A stretch of 64,000 nt of DNA from Amoebidium appalachense (GCA_963693365.1 CAVNZM010000016.1:6059029-6123028), one strand, 5' to 3'; shown: positions 27,631-41,521, counted from the first letter of the stretch. Notes: generated by a model not told the origin, from the letters alone. Numbers and translations are program-made.

Positions 27631-28270
27631 GGGCACGGTTTGGGAAATATGGGTGAAGATGGGCACACCAGAACTAGAGATGCCTGGGTGCGCGGTTTAG
27701 TAAATACGTGTGGGGGTGATTCAAGTGCAGAGTTTGGGAGCTGTTGTAGTCGAATAGAGACTTGGTGGGTGCTATATTAGAAGGTAGAGAAGATAAGAAA
27801 GCGTGCCTGTCTTGCCCCTGAGGAGGTGGCCCAAGGGGTCGGGGGGGGGGGGGGGGGAGGGGGGAGGGGGAGGGAAGGACGAAGAGGGAGTCAAAGGCAC
27901 CATAGTGGCGAAAAGCTAGAAAGGAAAACATAGTGATTGGTCAAAAGAGAAGGATTTGGGGTTGGGGTTAGAGGGGGAAGGTGTTAAGAACAGGAGGAAA
28001 GCCGGGGGGCCGGGGAGGGGGGAGGGGCGGGGGGGGGGGGGGGGGGGGGGGGGGGGATCAGCACGCGGGTACGTGCAAAGAATAGGGAGACGTGATGGGC
28101 CGGGAAAGGGAGAGGGGGCGGAGAGATGGGCGGGGAGGGGAAGGGGGGTGAGCAAGCTACATCAGCCAGTAGGAAGGGGTAGGTGCCCCAAAGAACAAGG
28201 TAAGAGTGGAAGGAAGGAGGAGCAAGAACGAACGTACGCTGCGGTCCTGTGTGTTTTATGTTCGTGAGCT

Positions 28271-28301
<31 letters not shown>

Positions 28302-28321
28302 AGGGGGGGGGAGGGGGAGGG

Positions 28322-28357
<36 letters not shown>

Positions 28358-29653
28358 GGGTATAAAGGGGCTCGCACACTTACCTACACAGGGCAAAGAA
28401 ACCAACCAAGGGCTGAAGAAATGATGAATCTTGTCTCCTATGCGTTTTGAAAGCTGAATCTATTTAGGCGACCATAAACACAATGGACAGAAACCGTCGG
28501 AAAAGAGCGCAGCTATGCCGTCGTTCTTTCAGCTGCTTCTGTGCACGTGCTTATTGTAAAACCTCTCGTGTTCTGGTTAGACTGGTGTGAACGTTTGCCC
28601 TCGAGTTCGAAACATTGCACACAGCTAGCAGGCACGCGCGCCGGATATTCCGCTATGGAGTTAAAATGAAAGCTGCAGCAAAACATATGCTTACAAAAAG
28701 CTCCCATGAAGTTAGACTACAAGTAGGATATATTACAATAAACAGGGCAAATTAGGACTATGAAAGAAATAGGTTTTTTATCATTTCGTTCGTTCAGCAG
28801 CGTGGTAAGAAATGAACACCGCGAGAAGCCGACCCTCCCGCCTATTTGAAAATCGTTCACCGATACCGGAAAGCGGAATATCACCTGATATTTACCGAAT
28901 ATAATTGTTTGGGGTTTTAGTGTGTCAGCCGCAGTGCAGCTGGCTGCAGCTGGCCGAAGCTGCATGCGCAGCACTGAGGGCAACGCCATAGACATTTGTT
29001 GTAGATGGTTCAGCAGCTTAGGTAACTATTATTATGTAGGGTTCTAGAGATATTTTTGTTTTTTAAAGAATAATGTCTAGCGTTTTAAAGGCTTTGTGTT
29101 CAAGGGCTTGGGGTAAGAGACAAAGCCTTGTTGACGGACCGCGGCAATACTTCTTTGGTTTAGGGTTCTAAGAGATTTTCGTAATGCTTTTCAAAATCCT
29201 CACAACCTGGTTTCCGATTCCGGCGGTGAGTCACATGATTTTGTCACCAGCACGGCATACCTGATTGGGTATTTTTGCTGGTCTCCTGTGAAAGCAAGCG
29301 GCTTTTTTCACGAAAATTGTCAACACATCACATGAATAAGTTCAGAATATTAAATAGCTATCAGCCAATATACTTTTATGTTTTATATTAAGTAAAAGAT
29401 TAATAAAACTTTTGAGATAGATTTGCTGTGTTCTACAAGACGCAAGATGTGTTCCAAAAAACCTTTCCGTGTAAACAAGCTAAGCTAAAACTCAGTTGTT
29501 CAGTTGTGAAATTTAACGAAGGTATAGAGATGAGCCCCACGGTGTCTTGAGCTCAAGGGCGACACAAATTTGTGCGCCGCTGCCTTATTAAACCATTGAG
29601 GCTGATTTGATTGGGTCACATCACCCAATCGGACTTTGTCCGGATGGTACATA

Positions 29654-31264
29654 CAGGCGCGACTCGGTTATATCAACCCTTCGCCGGCGGCCCTAGGGTT
29701 GCTACAAGCAAGGGTTGATATAACCGAGAGATCGCCTGATCGGGCGATCTGAGGCTAATCGGGCGATCTGAGCCTTAATCGTGCGATCTGCGATCTATCA
29801 TATTACATGGGCTCCAGATCTTGCCATTTCAATAGGCTACACCGCCCCGTTTGCACACCTACACCGTGCCCGGCAGCTCAGTCACCTTTTCTTCGTGTAA
29901 TTATTGTTACTTTTTGTTTTTGCTTGTCAACACGCAAAGTCCAGCGATCATGCAGCGAGACCTTGCACGTCCCATTATATCAAGCCTTCGCTCCTCACCA
30001 CCCATGGAGTGGCTGGAGGATGGAGTTGTGTTAGACATCAGGGCTGTGTGGGGCAGGGGGAAAGGTTGTGGTGCGTTTGACGCACAGGGAAAGACTTGTG
30101 GGAAGCAGTTTGTGATAAACAAAAAGGGTGCACAAGGGCCCCAGTGTGCCGAAAACCTTCGGTTCTATTTATCGTTTTACGTGGGAGATGACCAGCACCC
30201 TACTCTCCTTCCGCACTGTGTAGGTGTCCCTTTTTTTTTCCCTTTTCTTTTCTTTTTTTCTTTCTTTTTTTTTTTTTTTTTTTTGAACAACCCCGTCTCA
30301 TCTTCGTTGTAGATGTCCTCTGGGTCAAACTGCTCCAGCTTCTTCTTCACCTCCGCGATGAGAGGTGCGACATCCTCAATGATGGCGTCGACGTCACCAC
30401 CCTGGCCATGCAGCCGCACCGCGTAGCCAATGCCGTACCGCTGCTTCCACAACGCGTACCACCCGTTGGAGGCCGCAAACTTGGCACCGAACCCTTTCTC
30501 TTCGGCGAATTGGCGTGCCTTCTCCTGCAGCAATGCACGCGAGACGGCAACGGGGGGCTTCATGCGGCGGCAGAGGTTGAAGTAGTCGTACACGGCTGCG
30601 TCAACCTCGGGGAACATGCCGTCATGGTCCTTCAGGCTTTCCCCTTTGCCAGCCGCGACGGCGGCGTGCACCTTGGCCCGCTTGGCTAGGATCTTGGTGA
30701 TGGAGCCCTTGGAGAGATTGAACTCGCGCTCCAGGTTGGCATGGGTCTCGCCAGAATCCACCCGCTCAATGATCTTTTGCCTTCGTGTTCATAGACACGG
30801 GCTGCTTCTTCTTGCGCGGTGCCTTTGCCACCGGGTCTGCGATGATAGGCACCCCATCGTTTGTGCAGGTGCTGGTGGAGATTTTGGACTTCATGGTCGC
30901 ACTGAACAGTTTGACCTTGGTGCTGTTTTTGATACCCCTACCAGGCAAATGCCCGTTTTTCTTGGTGGTTTTCTTACTTTTGGCCATTTCGCTTAATAGC
31001 ACAATGAGCTGGTGTGTGTGTAAAAACTGTAAATGCGTACGGTGCAAAAAAGTGCAGCCAAGTGTGGTCGGAGTCAGCTCGGAGCCTCGTGTGCGCATGC
31101 CAGAAGCACCCACTTAAATCTATGTAGCATCTGATTGGTCCAGCCCGCACCCATTATATACATTGGCATGTGCAGCCAGACTTAGGGGGAAAAAAAAAAA
31201 AAAAAAAAAAAAAAAAAGCGCCGGCCAGGATCGAACCCGCGGGGCGGGCGGGCGGGCGGGCGGG

Positions 31265-31314
<50 letters not shown>

Positions 31315-31367
31315 GCTACAATCAAGGGTTGATATACCATGGGGTTGATATAACTGAGGCGCGCCTG
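29654..31367 (-). mobile_element. pogo/Tigger-family (Tc1/mariner superfamily) DNA transposon, defective, 1714 bp
   Basis: 26 bp TIRs: CAGGCGCGACTCGGTTATATCAACCC at 29654 versus the reverse complement of 31342-31367 (2 mismatches). TA on both flanks (29652-53, 31368-69). Subterminal GGTTGCTACAA.CAAGGGTTGATATA repeats at both ends. Confidence 0.92.
30177..30988 (-). pseudogene. Tigger/CENP-B-like transposase pseudogene
   Basis: A basic N-terminus (MAKSKK...RKKKQPVSMNTKAK) joins IIERVDSGETHANLEREFNLSKGSITKIL (first HTH) only via a 1 nt frameshift near 30775. Then a CENP-B/Tc5 HTH (FPEVDAAVYDYF...LLQEKA...FAASNGWY..WKQRYGI...LHGQGGDVD) and the start of DDE_1 (DIYNEDETGLF), truncated by an A-rich tract at ~30284. 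Confidence 0.88.
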
Positions 31368-32035
31368 TAGTCTACAGTGAATAGCTTTTAGAGTTTACAA
31401 CCATTAAACAATCACGCCACGGAAATCAACAGGAAGACTTGTCTCGCGGAGAGTCGCCAGCTAAGTGCCAGTGGGAGGCTCGTCCGTCAGTCCGTTCAGT
31501 TGTGGTCATTTTCGATAGAGGGAAGGTCGCTTTTCGTTTCTTTGGCACAGGAAAAGCTTTTTTTCGTTCATTGGTTGCTCCGAGAGCCTTCGACTTGTAT
31601 CTTGTTGTTGTCATGCGAGGCCCGAAATCCAAGGGTTAGGCTAGGTAATGGTGGCTTTGTATGTGGGATCTGAATGAATGTGGTTATAAATTTAGCGCTT
31701 TGTGCCAAGCGGGGATAAAGCGTGTGTGTACCGATGGCTTGAAACGGTAATCTAGGCTCTACTTGATTTTTTCCTCGATTGTCTCATATTATAATTACTT
31801 GTATGTTCTCAGAATCTATTGTTACGGTGAGTACAGCAGCAATTGTGCGGGCTCTGCCTGCCGGCTTTTTGGAGAGCAAGATGTGTTTTTTATTCAAGTA
31901 CAAATATTTCTACGTTTTGTCAAAGGAGTCTTTCTGCCCGTCGCAACATAACGCAGGTCTGCAGTTACATCTTTGTCTTCGAATTCTTCTTGAACCTCTG
32001 GGCTTCCCCTCCCCCCCCCCCCCCCCCCCCCCCCA

Positions 32036-32066
<31 letters not shown>

Positions 32067-32400
32067 TTCCCCCCCCCCCCCCCCCCCCCCGCACCGCTGC
32101 CGCGCCCTCCTCCTACCCCTCTTCTGTGGCCTGGCCCCACTCAGCCAGCACTGGCACTATGGTTGTGGTCAAGGACAGCATCACTTTAAAGCTCATGTCG
32201 CGTTTTTCAACTTTAACTTCTCCCTTCTCTGCCTCGCCCAGCCAGGATGCTGCACTTCAACTAGATCACCAAGCTTCCCAATAATTACCCCTCCCCTCCC
32301 TCCCTCCCCCCCCCCCCCCCTCCCCCCTCCCTCCCTCCCTCCCTCCCTCCCTCCCTCCCTCCCTCCCTCCCTCCCTCCCTCCCTCCCTCCCTCCCTCCCT

Positions 32401-32459
<59 letters not shown>

Positions 32460-33222
32460 CCCCCCCCCCCCCCCCCCTGCCCTCTCTCGCTCGCTATCCC
32501 GCCTCTCCCCCTCTCACTCTTTCTAGAGAGTTTACCCACTCCCCCCCACCCACCCACCCTTCCATCCCTGGCCCAGGCTTTGGAAGCCCCGGCGAGCCAC
32601 TACCGTCTGTTTTTGTTTTTGTTCAAGCAACAGCAGACCTGTGTTTAGCATACCAGCCGTTGTGCAGTACCACCTTTGTACAGCGGAGGAGCTCTTTTTA
32701 GCCTTTTGCTTTTGAACATTCAGAGTGGGTTCTGCCTCCCTCCCCTATTATGTGTCCAAATGATTTCACCACCTTTCTGATGCCAAATATCCTTCTCCCT
32801 GCATCCTCCCCCCCTCACTCTCTCCCCCCGGTGCCCACCTTCAAAATGAACGGATGGAGCGCAATCTCTGGGTATGCCAGTCGGTGATATATGTCAGGGG
32901 TGTGTGGGTGTGTGTGTGTGGGGGGGGGGGGGGGGGGGGGGGGAGGCAACATAAGAACGAACACTTCTTTCTGGAGGGGCTGGCAACGGATCATCCGAGG
33001 GAGCCCCGACGTAACTCTAGTGACTGCCCAGATAGGTGGGTGGCCTTCACACCCCTGGCCAGCATGCGTATAGACAGGCAGGTTGTGGCTGGGGTCAGGG
33101 TGTGGGGCCGGAGAGCTCCGGCCAGCATGGGGTTGCTGAATGTCAAGTTAGAGATGTGCATTTATATGTGGTGGTGGTGGTTGTGGTTGTGTGCGTGTGT
33201 TGTATTTTGTTTGTGTGTGTGT

Positions 33223-33256
<34 letters not shown>

Positions 33257-33685
33257 GAGGAGGAGGGGGGCAGGGCTCTACCCACGGTGATCATGTTACA
33301 GCCTATCACAGTTCATGGAGGGAATGTGTGCTGTTTTGCTATTCACACGCAGCCTACAGTGGAGTGGGGAGGTCCGGCTGACTTAGGGAAAAATGCTGTC
33401 TCGCCTTGGTCCATTATAATACACTGGTCACTTATTGCATGTGATTACTAACACCGAGCCGGTCAGGTGCCCTCCTCCTCCCCCTCCCCTCCCCTCCCTC
33501 CCTCCCCCCTCCCCTCCCCCCCCCGTACCTTCGGCTTCTATGCGCATATGCCCGAAAAAAAATATACCAGGGCCTTACTTAAACCTTCGTAAATTATGGC
33601 ATACAATTTCCATACGTGTTTTGTGGGCAGCACAGAAATCCAAGTTCACTTCAAGTACAGGTTCATGCGTTTTCTTGTACTGTAT

Positions 33686-34618
33686 CTATGAAACTTGCAG
33701 CGCTGCCAACAGCGCAGTAACGGCCTGCTCCTCCCCTGCACTTTTAAACGCCCGCAGCATAATATCATACGTAACAAGATCTGGTTTCAATCCCTCCTTG
33801 TGCATGTCAACAAGCAGGACCTTCATGCTCTCTAAATCCTCCTGTTGTGCATATGCAACAAGAAGGCTATTGTACGTGACCACATCAAACATGACTAACT
33901 TTCGTGCGTTTTTCGCTACCTCCTTCACTGAATCATATTCCTTGGCTGCGGTCAACACCTTGATGAGCGCGTTGTAGATGGGAGCGGTAGGCCTGATGCC
34001 ACGCAGCCTCATGTCTTCCATGATAGTCTTGGCGAGTTCAATGTTTTTGGTGTAGCAGCAAGATTGCAGCAGTGACGAGTAAATGTAGTCGTTTGGAGCT
34101 ATGCCTCTGTTGCACATGTCTTGGAAAAGCTCCCACGCCCAGTTGTCTGAACACAGACGTAATATAACGGAGAAATGAAAAACATTCGCGCTGTTTCGCT
34201 GTCTCAACTGGTCAAACAGCCTCCACGCCTCCTGCTTCTTCCCCTTCGAAACCAAATAGCGTAGTTGGTGTGTGATGAGACGAGGGTCGGAGGTCGCTCT
34301 TACCGGTGTGTAAATTCTTTTTTCCTTGTCTGGGTAAGCTTTTTGTGCACTGGTGAAGTCAACTTTTAGATAATTCGGGTGTAAAGGTGGGGTTTCTTGT
34401 GTGTGTGTTACGGAGGGCGGTGGGATTTCTTGTGTGTCTGTTACAGAAAGCGAAGGAATAGAGGCAGAGGTGCTTGCATGTGATAGGAGTCTTTGTTGGG
34501 TACGAAGGAACGTGTGTGTATGTGTTCGTGTCTGCGTTGTGTGTGCGTGTGCGCTTCTTGTTAGCAGCGAAAAAGCACACCGAGACAGGTGGCTCGAGGG
34601 CCTTAGCGCGGAATACAT
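33686..34618 (-). CDS. Pentatricopeptide repeat (PPR) protein, probably mitochondrial, 310 aa
   Basis: Tandem ~35 aa PPR motifs (AWELFQDMCNRGIAPNDYIYSSLLQSC, IMEDMRLRGIRPTAPIYNALIK, DVVTYNSLLVAYAQ...DMHKEGLKPDLVTYDIML). N-terminus is Arg/Ser-rich and acid-free, like a presequence. Confidence 0.9.
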   Translation of the reverse strand: MYSALRPSSHLSRCAFSLLTRSAHAHTTQTRTHTHTFLRTQQRLLSHASTSASIPSLSVTDTQEIPPPSVTHTQETPPLHPNYLKVDFTSAQKAYPDKEKRIYTPVRATSDPRLITHQLRYLVSKGKKQEAWRLFDQLRQRNSANVFHFSVILRLCSDNWAWELFQDMCNRGIAPNDYIYSSLLQSCCYTKNIELAKTIMEDMRLRGIRPTAPIYNALIKVLTAAKEYDSVKEVAKNARKLVMFDVVTYNSLLVAYAQQEDLESMKVLLVDMHKEGLKPDLVTYDIMLRAFKSAGEEQAVTALLAALQVS

Positions 34619-36325
34619 GCTCTATGCAGATTGGGGCACCTTACAAGTCATTCAGCACTTTTCAACCCCTACTGAGCTCTGTAATCTTTCACGCCCAACA
34701 TCCCAGACCTGTATGTATGCCATGCACATGACCATCATGATGCCTTGACCTGCCTGAGTGTAAGTGGCAGACACAACGCGTCCTGGGATGGGCATGCACG
34801 CCGAAGCGAACCGTTTGCGCAAACACTCCTCGCCGACCCGCCGGCGCCTTGTCTGTTGGAGGCTTGATTCAGTTTTTGGACCTACAAAGAAACGGAGAGT
34901 AGTTCCTGTTTGCACTTCCCTGTGTTAGTGAGATTGGTTGGCAGTTTTTATAACACAAGTTGGACGCCACAGTGTGCAGCTACCCCAAAGAAGGATTGAG
35001 TTTCAAAGACAGTTGCATGAGGTGCATGGCCATGGATGATGGCTTCACTGTCTCCCACTGATGCCTGCTGCATGCTGCCATGGGGAGAGATGCGTTTTTA
35101 AATGCTGCTGAAGCCGCATAACAAAAAAAAAAAGACATACGGTGATGCCTAGAAAGAAAAAAAAAGACATACGGTGATGCCTAGAAAGACATATCAAGAC
35201 AATGTCAAGGTCCCTATTATCAACACACCATCGGCAAATATACCGTCGGAATCCGTATGGCATTGTGTACGTACATGTGCACCCCCCATGTCCCCTCCCC
35301 CCCCCCCCCCCCCTTCCCGGCCCCCCGCCCTCGCCTCCCCCCTCCCCCCCCCCGTTTCCCTCCCCCCCCGCCCCACTCTCTACCTCTATCCCTTGATACC
35401 TTCCAATTTTTGCCTGAGGGATTCGCTCAAAGTGTGGGGGGGGGGGGAGGGGGGAGGGGGGGGGGGGGGGGGGAGGGGAGAGGTGCGGGTGAGGTGGGGG
35501 GGGGGGGATTTTTGGGGGAGGGGAAGAGGGGGGGGGTTCTTATTTTTATTTATTTTTTTTTTTTGGGGGGGGGGGGGGGTTACCACAAGGAAGCACTTAC
35601 GTGTGTCTCGTAGAACTGAGCAACTTGAAAAACCCACATGATACGCCTAGCTGACACCTATCAAGAGGGTGGTGAGTGGCAGCTTTATATTGAAAAGGTA
35701 ACCTGTGCTTCGAATTCGAGTGAGATCTTCCCCTTTTCCCCCTCTCCCCCCATCCCCCCCATCCCCCCCCCCCCCCCCCCCACCACCACCACCACCACAA
35801 AAAACAACAACAACTCATATAGCACCATGCGCACCACAGACTAAAACTAAGGTCAGTCACCATGTGATTGTATCGTTGACCATATCCGGTCGATCTGGGG
35901 GGATTCCATCACCTACCGCCTTCAAATTTTAAATTCGCACCATATGGCATGTGGGCCCAAAAATCCTAATAACAAACAATTGAATATATATCCTACTAGG
36001 CTTATTCGGAAGTACATTTACATTAGATTTCGTGCGTCACTCACGGGCCAAGCAGGGGGGAGGGGGGGGGGGGGGGGAGAGCGGGGGGAAGGGGGGGAGG
36101 GGGAGGGGGGTTAGGTCATCATTTTTGAGCATTTTTGGCACAGGGACTACCCATTCCGACAGAAAAGAACATTGATGACCATCCCCCCCCCTCCACTCCC
36201 CCCACCTCCTGTGACCCCCCCCCCCTCCCTCCCCCCCCCTGGCCCCCAACCGCCACCACCATCATACCAGATCCCCTCCACCCCCGTCCCCCCGTCCACA
36301 AACACGTGCGTGCACAGGGCACGTG

Positions 36326-36356
<31 letters not shown>

Positions 36357-36357
36357 G

Positions 36358-36430
<73 letters not shown>

Positions 36431-36503
36431 GCACATGTGTACACACACACGCACACGTTCCGATGATCACACACAAAAAAATGCAAGTTGCACACGATAT
36501 ATA

Positions 36504-36557
<54 letters not shown>

Positions 36558-36603
36558 CACATACACACATCCACACACAACGCACACATCACATACACAC
36601 ATC

Positions 36604-36664
<61 letters not shown>

Positions 36665-37363
36665 CACGTACACACATCCACAGACACACACAGAGAGAGA
36701 CACAGACACACACGCACACACACATTAACCTGCTACATCGGGTCATTCCTTGATCATAATGACGTTGAGAATTTGCTGCGGAGGAAAGGAGGGAGGGGGG
36801 TGGGGTGGGGGGGGTGGTGGGGGGAGGGGAGGGGGGGGGGGAGGGGGGGGCTGGGGGCAAGCGTAGAAAGTTCGGCCACAATAAATACACGACGAATGGG
36901 TTGAAGGCAGTTTGCCTGGTTGTCTCCCTAAACAGAGGACAAAAACTGAGGAACTAAGAGGGGAAGGCGAGGGCCGAGGGGGAGGGGGGACGGATATAGA
37001 ATAGGCCAAATGTGTGACATTGGGGCAAAGGTCAGTGGGGGTGGATACTCCATATCGTTGGTGTAGCACTCTCCACTGTAACACACGGGGGGAGGGGAGG
37101 AGAATGGGGAGGGGAAGGGGGAAGGGAAGGGGATGGAGAGCGGGACTCGAATTTCTCTAATCGCCACAGGTAAGGTATTGACTCGCAAGTCCCCAATCCT
37201 GGCTTCCACAGAATTTCCCTTTACACTATGTATCGGTGGCGACATACACGTCAAACCCCTCCCTCTCCCCCTCCCCATCCCCCCTCCCCCTCCCCCCCTC
37301 CCCTCCCCCCCCCCCCCCCCCCGCTCCCCGCCCTCCCCTCCTTGCCTACCCCCTCCCCCCCAA

Positions 37364-37399
<36 letters not shown>

Positions 37400-38207
37400 C
37401 CACACAAACACGCATGCACACACACACACACACACACGCACCTACCCAACCCTACCCCTCTTCCCTTCCAAAACCCCCACTACCACCACCACCCCCTGCT
37501 GAGCCTTCTATGTAGAGCCTCGTCCTCTCTCATCCCCACTGCCAAACCTCAAACCACACCTTCGATCCTTCCCTTGTCCAACCCCCTACGTTACTACGCC
37601 CCGGCACACACACACACACACACACACAGGTCTCCTCATACAGGCCGGTGGAATCTGATGATGACTCATCCCGTGACCCATCGGTTGTCACCATACATAG
37701 GCAAACCCAATCATTCATCACGGTCAAGGCTTATGAACAGCAGCCCCCCCCCCCCCCCCCCCCCCCCCACCCACCCACCCACCCACCCATCCCACCCCCC
37801 GCCTCCCTCCCTCCCACCCCCTCCCACCCCCCCACCCCCCCCTTCCCTCTCCTCCACCATTCCCCAGTGGACAATATGAGCTTGGAGCAGATTTCCGATG
37901 GTAATGGCAGGGTAAGGCTAATCATGGCATAGTGCAGATTTATAGCGAATATTTATGGTGAATTTCTAGAAGCTGGGGTATGTGCAGCCGCTGAGCAAAA
38001 CCGATAGAAAAGAATAAAAGAAGAGGAGAGGAATGTTTGGTCGATTGCTCTGAGTGTAAGTGCTTTGAGAGCATTCAGAGACTTGGTTGGGTGGTGGTGC
38101 GTGCCTGTGTGTGCGTGTGTGTGTGTGTGTGCGTTTGTGTGTGTGTGTGTGTGTGCGCGTGCGCGTGTGTGTGTGTGTGTACACGTGTGTGTGTGTGTGT
38201 GTGTGTG

Positions 38208-38244
<37 letters not shown>

Positions 38245-38303
38245 ACATGTGTGTGTGTGCTCGCGCGTGTGTATGTGTGTATGTGTGTGCACATGTGTGT
38301 GTA

Positions 38304-38362
<59 letters not shown>

Positions 38363-38805
38363 ACGTGTGTGTGTACACATGTGTGTGTGTGTGTGTGCGC
38401 GCGCGCGCGTATTTGTGTGTGTGTGTGTGCACATGTGTGTGTGTGTGTGTGTGTGTGTTTGTCTGTGTGTGTGTGTGCATGTGTGCATGTGTGTGCGCGT
38501 GTATATGTGTGTGTGTGTGTATGTGTTTGCAATGGGGGAAAGGAGGTGAAGAGAGGGAAGGGGCGGGGAGGAGTAGGGGGAAGGGGGGGGGGGGGGGGGG
38601 GGGGGGGAGGCTTAAGGGACGTGGATGTGGAAACACCCCCTACTTCCAACACCGTATGATAGTTGACAAAAGAGATGAATGGAGTACACGAAGGGGGGAG
38701 GGACGGCAGGCAGAGTGTGTGTGTGTGTTCGGTTGGGGGGTGGGGGTGGGATGGTGGTGAGGAAGGGAGGGGGGGGGGGGGGGGGGGGTGGGGGGGAAGG
38801 GGGGG

Positions 38806-38843
<38 letters not shown>

Positions 38844-39147
38844 GGGAAGATAAGTGAGATGCCTTATAACTGTGTAGTAAGAATGAGTAAGTGCAGTCCA
38901 GAAATGAAAACGAAAACCTTGCGTGGCATGCCGCAGGCATATGGATGAAACGGCACGAACATACACACACACGTGTGCATGCTCACACACACATGCATGA
39001 ACATGCACACGTATACAGTCACATCATTACATGGCACACAAAGTGCAAAGTGCACCTTGTGTTGAGGACCATAGAGTGATGGTGTGGTGGGTATAGCATA
39101 ACGGATGCAGTAGGGGATGGATATGCATATTGGGTGTGGTGTATACG

Positions 39148-39194
<47 letters not shown>

Positions 39195-39203
39195 TGCCTG
39201 TCT

Positions 39204-39282
<79 letters not shown>

Positions 39283-39554
39283 TGTGCGCGCGCGCGTGCG
39301 CGAGAGTGTGTGTGTGGTAGTGGTGGTGGTGGGGGGGGGGGGGGGGGGGGGGGGGGTTGGGTCTGGTGTATTGTTATGTGCAGAACGAGCTGAAATCAGC
39401 CCTCAAAAATGTCTTCCCCCCCCCCCCCCCCCCCCCAAAAGACACACGTGCGTGCGTGCACACCGTAGCACACGCATTTAATTTACACAACACCCATAAC
39501 CCCTCCTAAGGCGTTAGATCTATGTGCATCCACCCAACCATAGCAAAAAAATTC

Positions 39555-40080
39555 TGCAGAGTATCTGTGCGCTGAATATCCATGTGTGCAGAATATCCTT
39601 GTGCCCAGATTAATGGTGTTCTGAATATCTATGTGTAGAATATCCTTGTGCCCAGATTAATGGTGTTCTGGATATCTATGTATAGAATATCCTTGTGCCC
39701 AGATTAATGTTGTTCTGAATATCTATGTGTAGAATATCCTTGTGCCCAGATTAACGGTGTTCTGAATATCTATGTATAGAATATCCTTGTGCCCACATTA
39801 ATGGTGTTCTGAATATCTGTGTGTAGAATATCGTTGTGCCCAGATTATCTGTGTTCTGAATATCTGTGTGCAGAATATCCTTGTGCCCAGATTAATGGTG
39901 TTCTGAATATCTGTGTGTAGAATATCCGTGTGTGCAGATTATATGTGTTCTGAATATCTGTGTGTAGAATATCCGTGTGCGCAGATTATCTGTGTTCTGA
40001 ATATGTGTGCGTAGAATATCCGTGTGTGCGGAATATCTCTGTGCAGAGCATCTGTGTGCAGAATGTCTGTGTGCAGAAAA
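39555..40080. repeat. 47 bp minisatellite built from ~15-16 bp submonomers
   Basis: AGATTAATGGTGTTCTGAATATCTATGTGTAGAATATCCTTGTGCCC-like units start at 39607, 39654, 39701, 39748, 39795, 39842 and 39889, decaying at both ends. Confidence 0.95.
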
Positions 40081-40341
40081 TCTCGTTGTGTATGTGTGTG
40101 TGTGCGTGCGCGTGCGTGTGTATGTACGTGCAAACGCCCCCATGCATGTGTGTGTAGACCTGTGTGTGTGTGCGTATTGATGTGCGTGTATGTGTGCATG
40201 CGTGTGCTCAAGCATGCACGTAGTACGTTGCGGTGTGTGTGTATGTGTGCGTGCACGTGTAAGCGTGCAGTACACCTGGGAGTGTGTACATGTGTGTGAG
40301 TGGCAGCAATGTGTGTGTGCCCGGGAGAGGGAGAGGGGTAA

Positions 40342-40377
<36 letters not shown>

Positions 40378-40590
40378 TAGGGGCGGTGGGTGGGAGGGGT
40401 GGGAAAGAGAGAGAAACAGGGGACGCGGCGGGGAGAGGAGTGGCCAAGAGCGAGAGAGTAGGGTATTGCGCTCTGGGCAGGTATATGTGTGTGTTGTGTG
40501 TGTGCACGTTTTTCCTTTTTTCTTTCGTTTTCTTTCCCCCTTCCTCTCTCCCTTTTCTCTCTCTCTCCGTATGTTTACGTTTGTGTGTGT

Positions 40591-40636
<46 letters not shown>

Positions 40637-41358
40637 GGGGGGGAGGGGGGGGGGGGGGGGGGGGGGGGCTACTAGGGTATCATCGAAGTGGACTACCATT
40701 TTTCGGGGTTCCACACAACTCAAATCTGTTATTCCTAGGGTCATTCTCCACCCATTTATTGTAACCGGATTCTTTAGAAAACCAGCAAGTTTGGGCCAGC
40801 CAGACTCCATGACAGCGATATAACATGCGATTGATGGATTGCCCAAACTTTCTAACATTATATGCTAACAATATTTAACTTTAGCAGATTCCATATCTAT
40901 ATAGTCGGTCATAAGGATCCTAATTTACCTCGTTTGACGATTTAACTGGTATATTACTAAGTAATTAGTGTTCACAGCGATACATGACTTGTGCAGCTTG
41001 CTCTATTTATGCATCTCTAACCATGATGTCCGTTACGATTTTTAGCACTACCATTATGTGCTTACTCGATAAACAACTATATAATACTTGCTTCTGTCAC
41101 AGCTTCAACCATTTAACACGTACTCTAACATTGTCATGTTGATTACGATTATTAGAATTATCATTAGTTAAAAAGACAGAGGTGGTTACTTATTTGAGGT
41201 TACGGTGAAATGACCACATGCACTTTAACAAAGCGGGGGAGGGACGGGAGGCAAATTGTGAGAGGCGGTGGTGCTTGTGATGGTTTGGGTGTGGAGGGGG
41301 GTATGATATATGTGGCATGGGGTGGGGGGCCGGTGGGGGCTAGCAGTGGAGTGGATGC

Positions 41359-41480
<122 letters not shown>

Positions 41481-41521
41481 TGTGGAGGGGGGGGGGGAGG
41501 GGGGGGGGGGGGGGATGTTGC

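Noticed and set aside
29155-29170. TTTAGGGTT telomere or telo-box-like motifs (also near 43975 and 50172)
   Set aside because: Single copies are expected by chance; no tandem telomeric array.
31400-33400. Possible spliced gene between the transposon and the PPR gene
   Set aside because: Some splice-like signals, but no coherent reading frame or homology.
35190-37920. Scattered exon-like segments on the plus strand (e.g. 35640-35697 ending AAG/GTAACC, 37630-37740, 37868-37911 ending /GTAAGG)
   Set aside because: May belong to a real gene, but I could not build a consistent model or recognise a domain.
39555-40080. Regularly spaced repeats as a possible CRISPR array (also 58205-58680 and 12822-13777)
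   Set aside because: No unique spacers between repeats, no cas genes, eukaryotic context.
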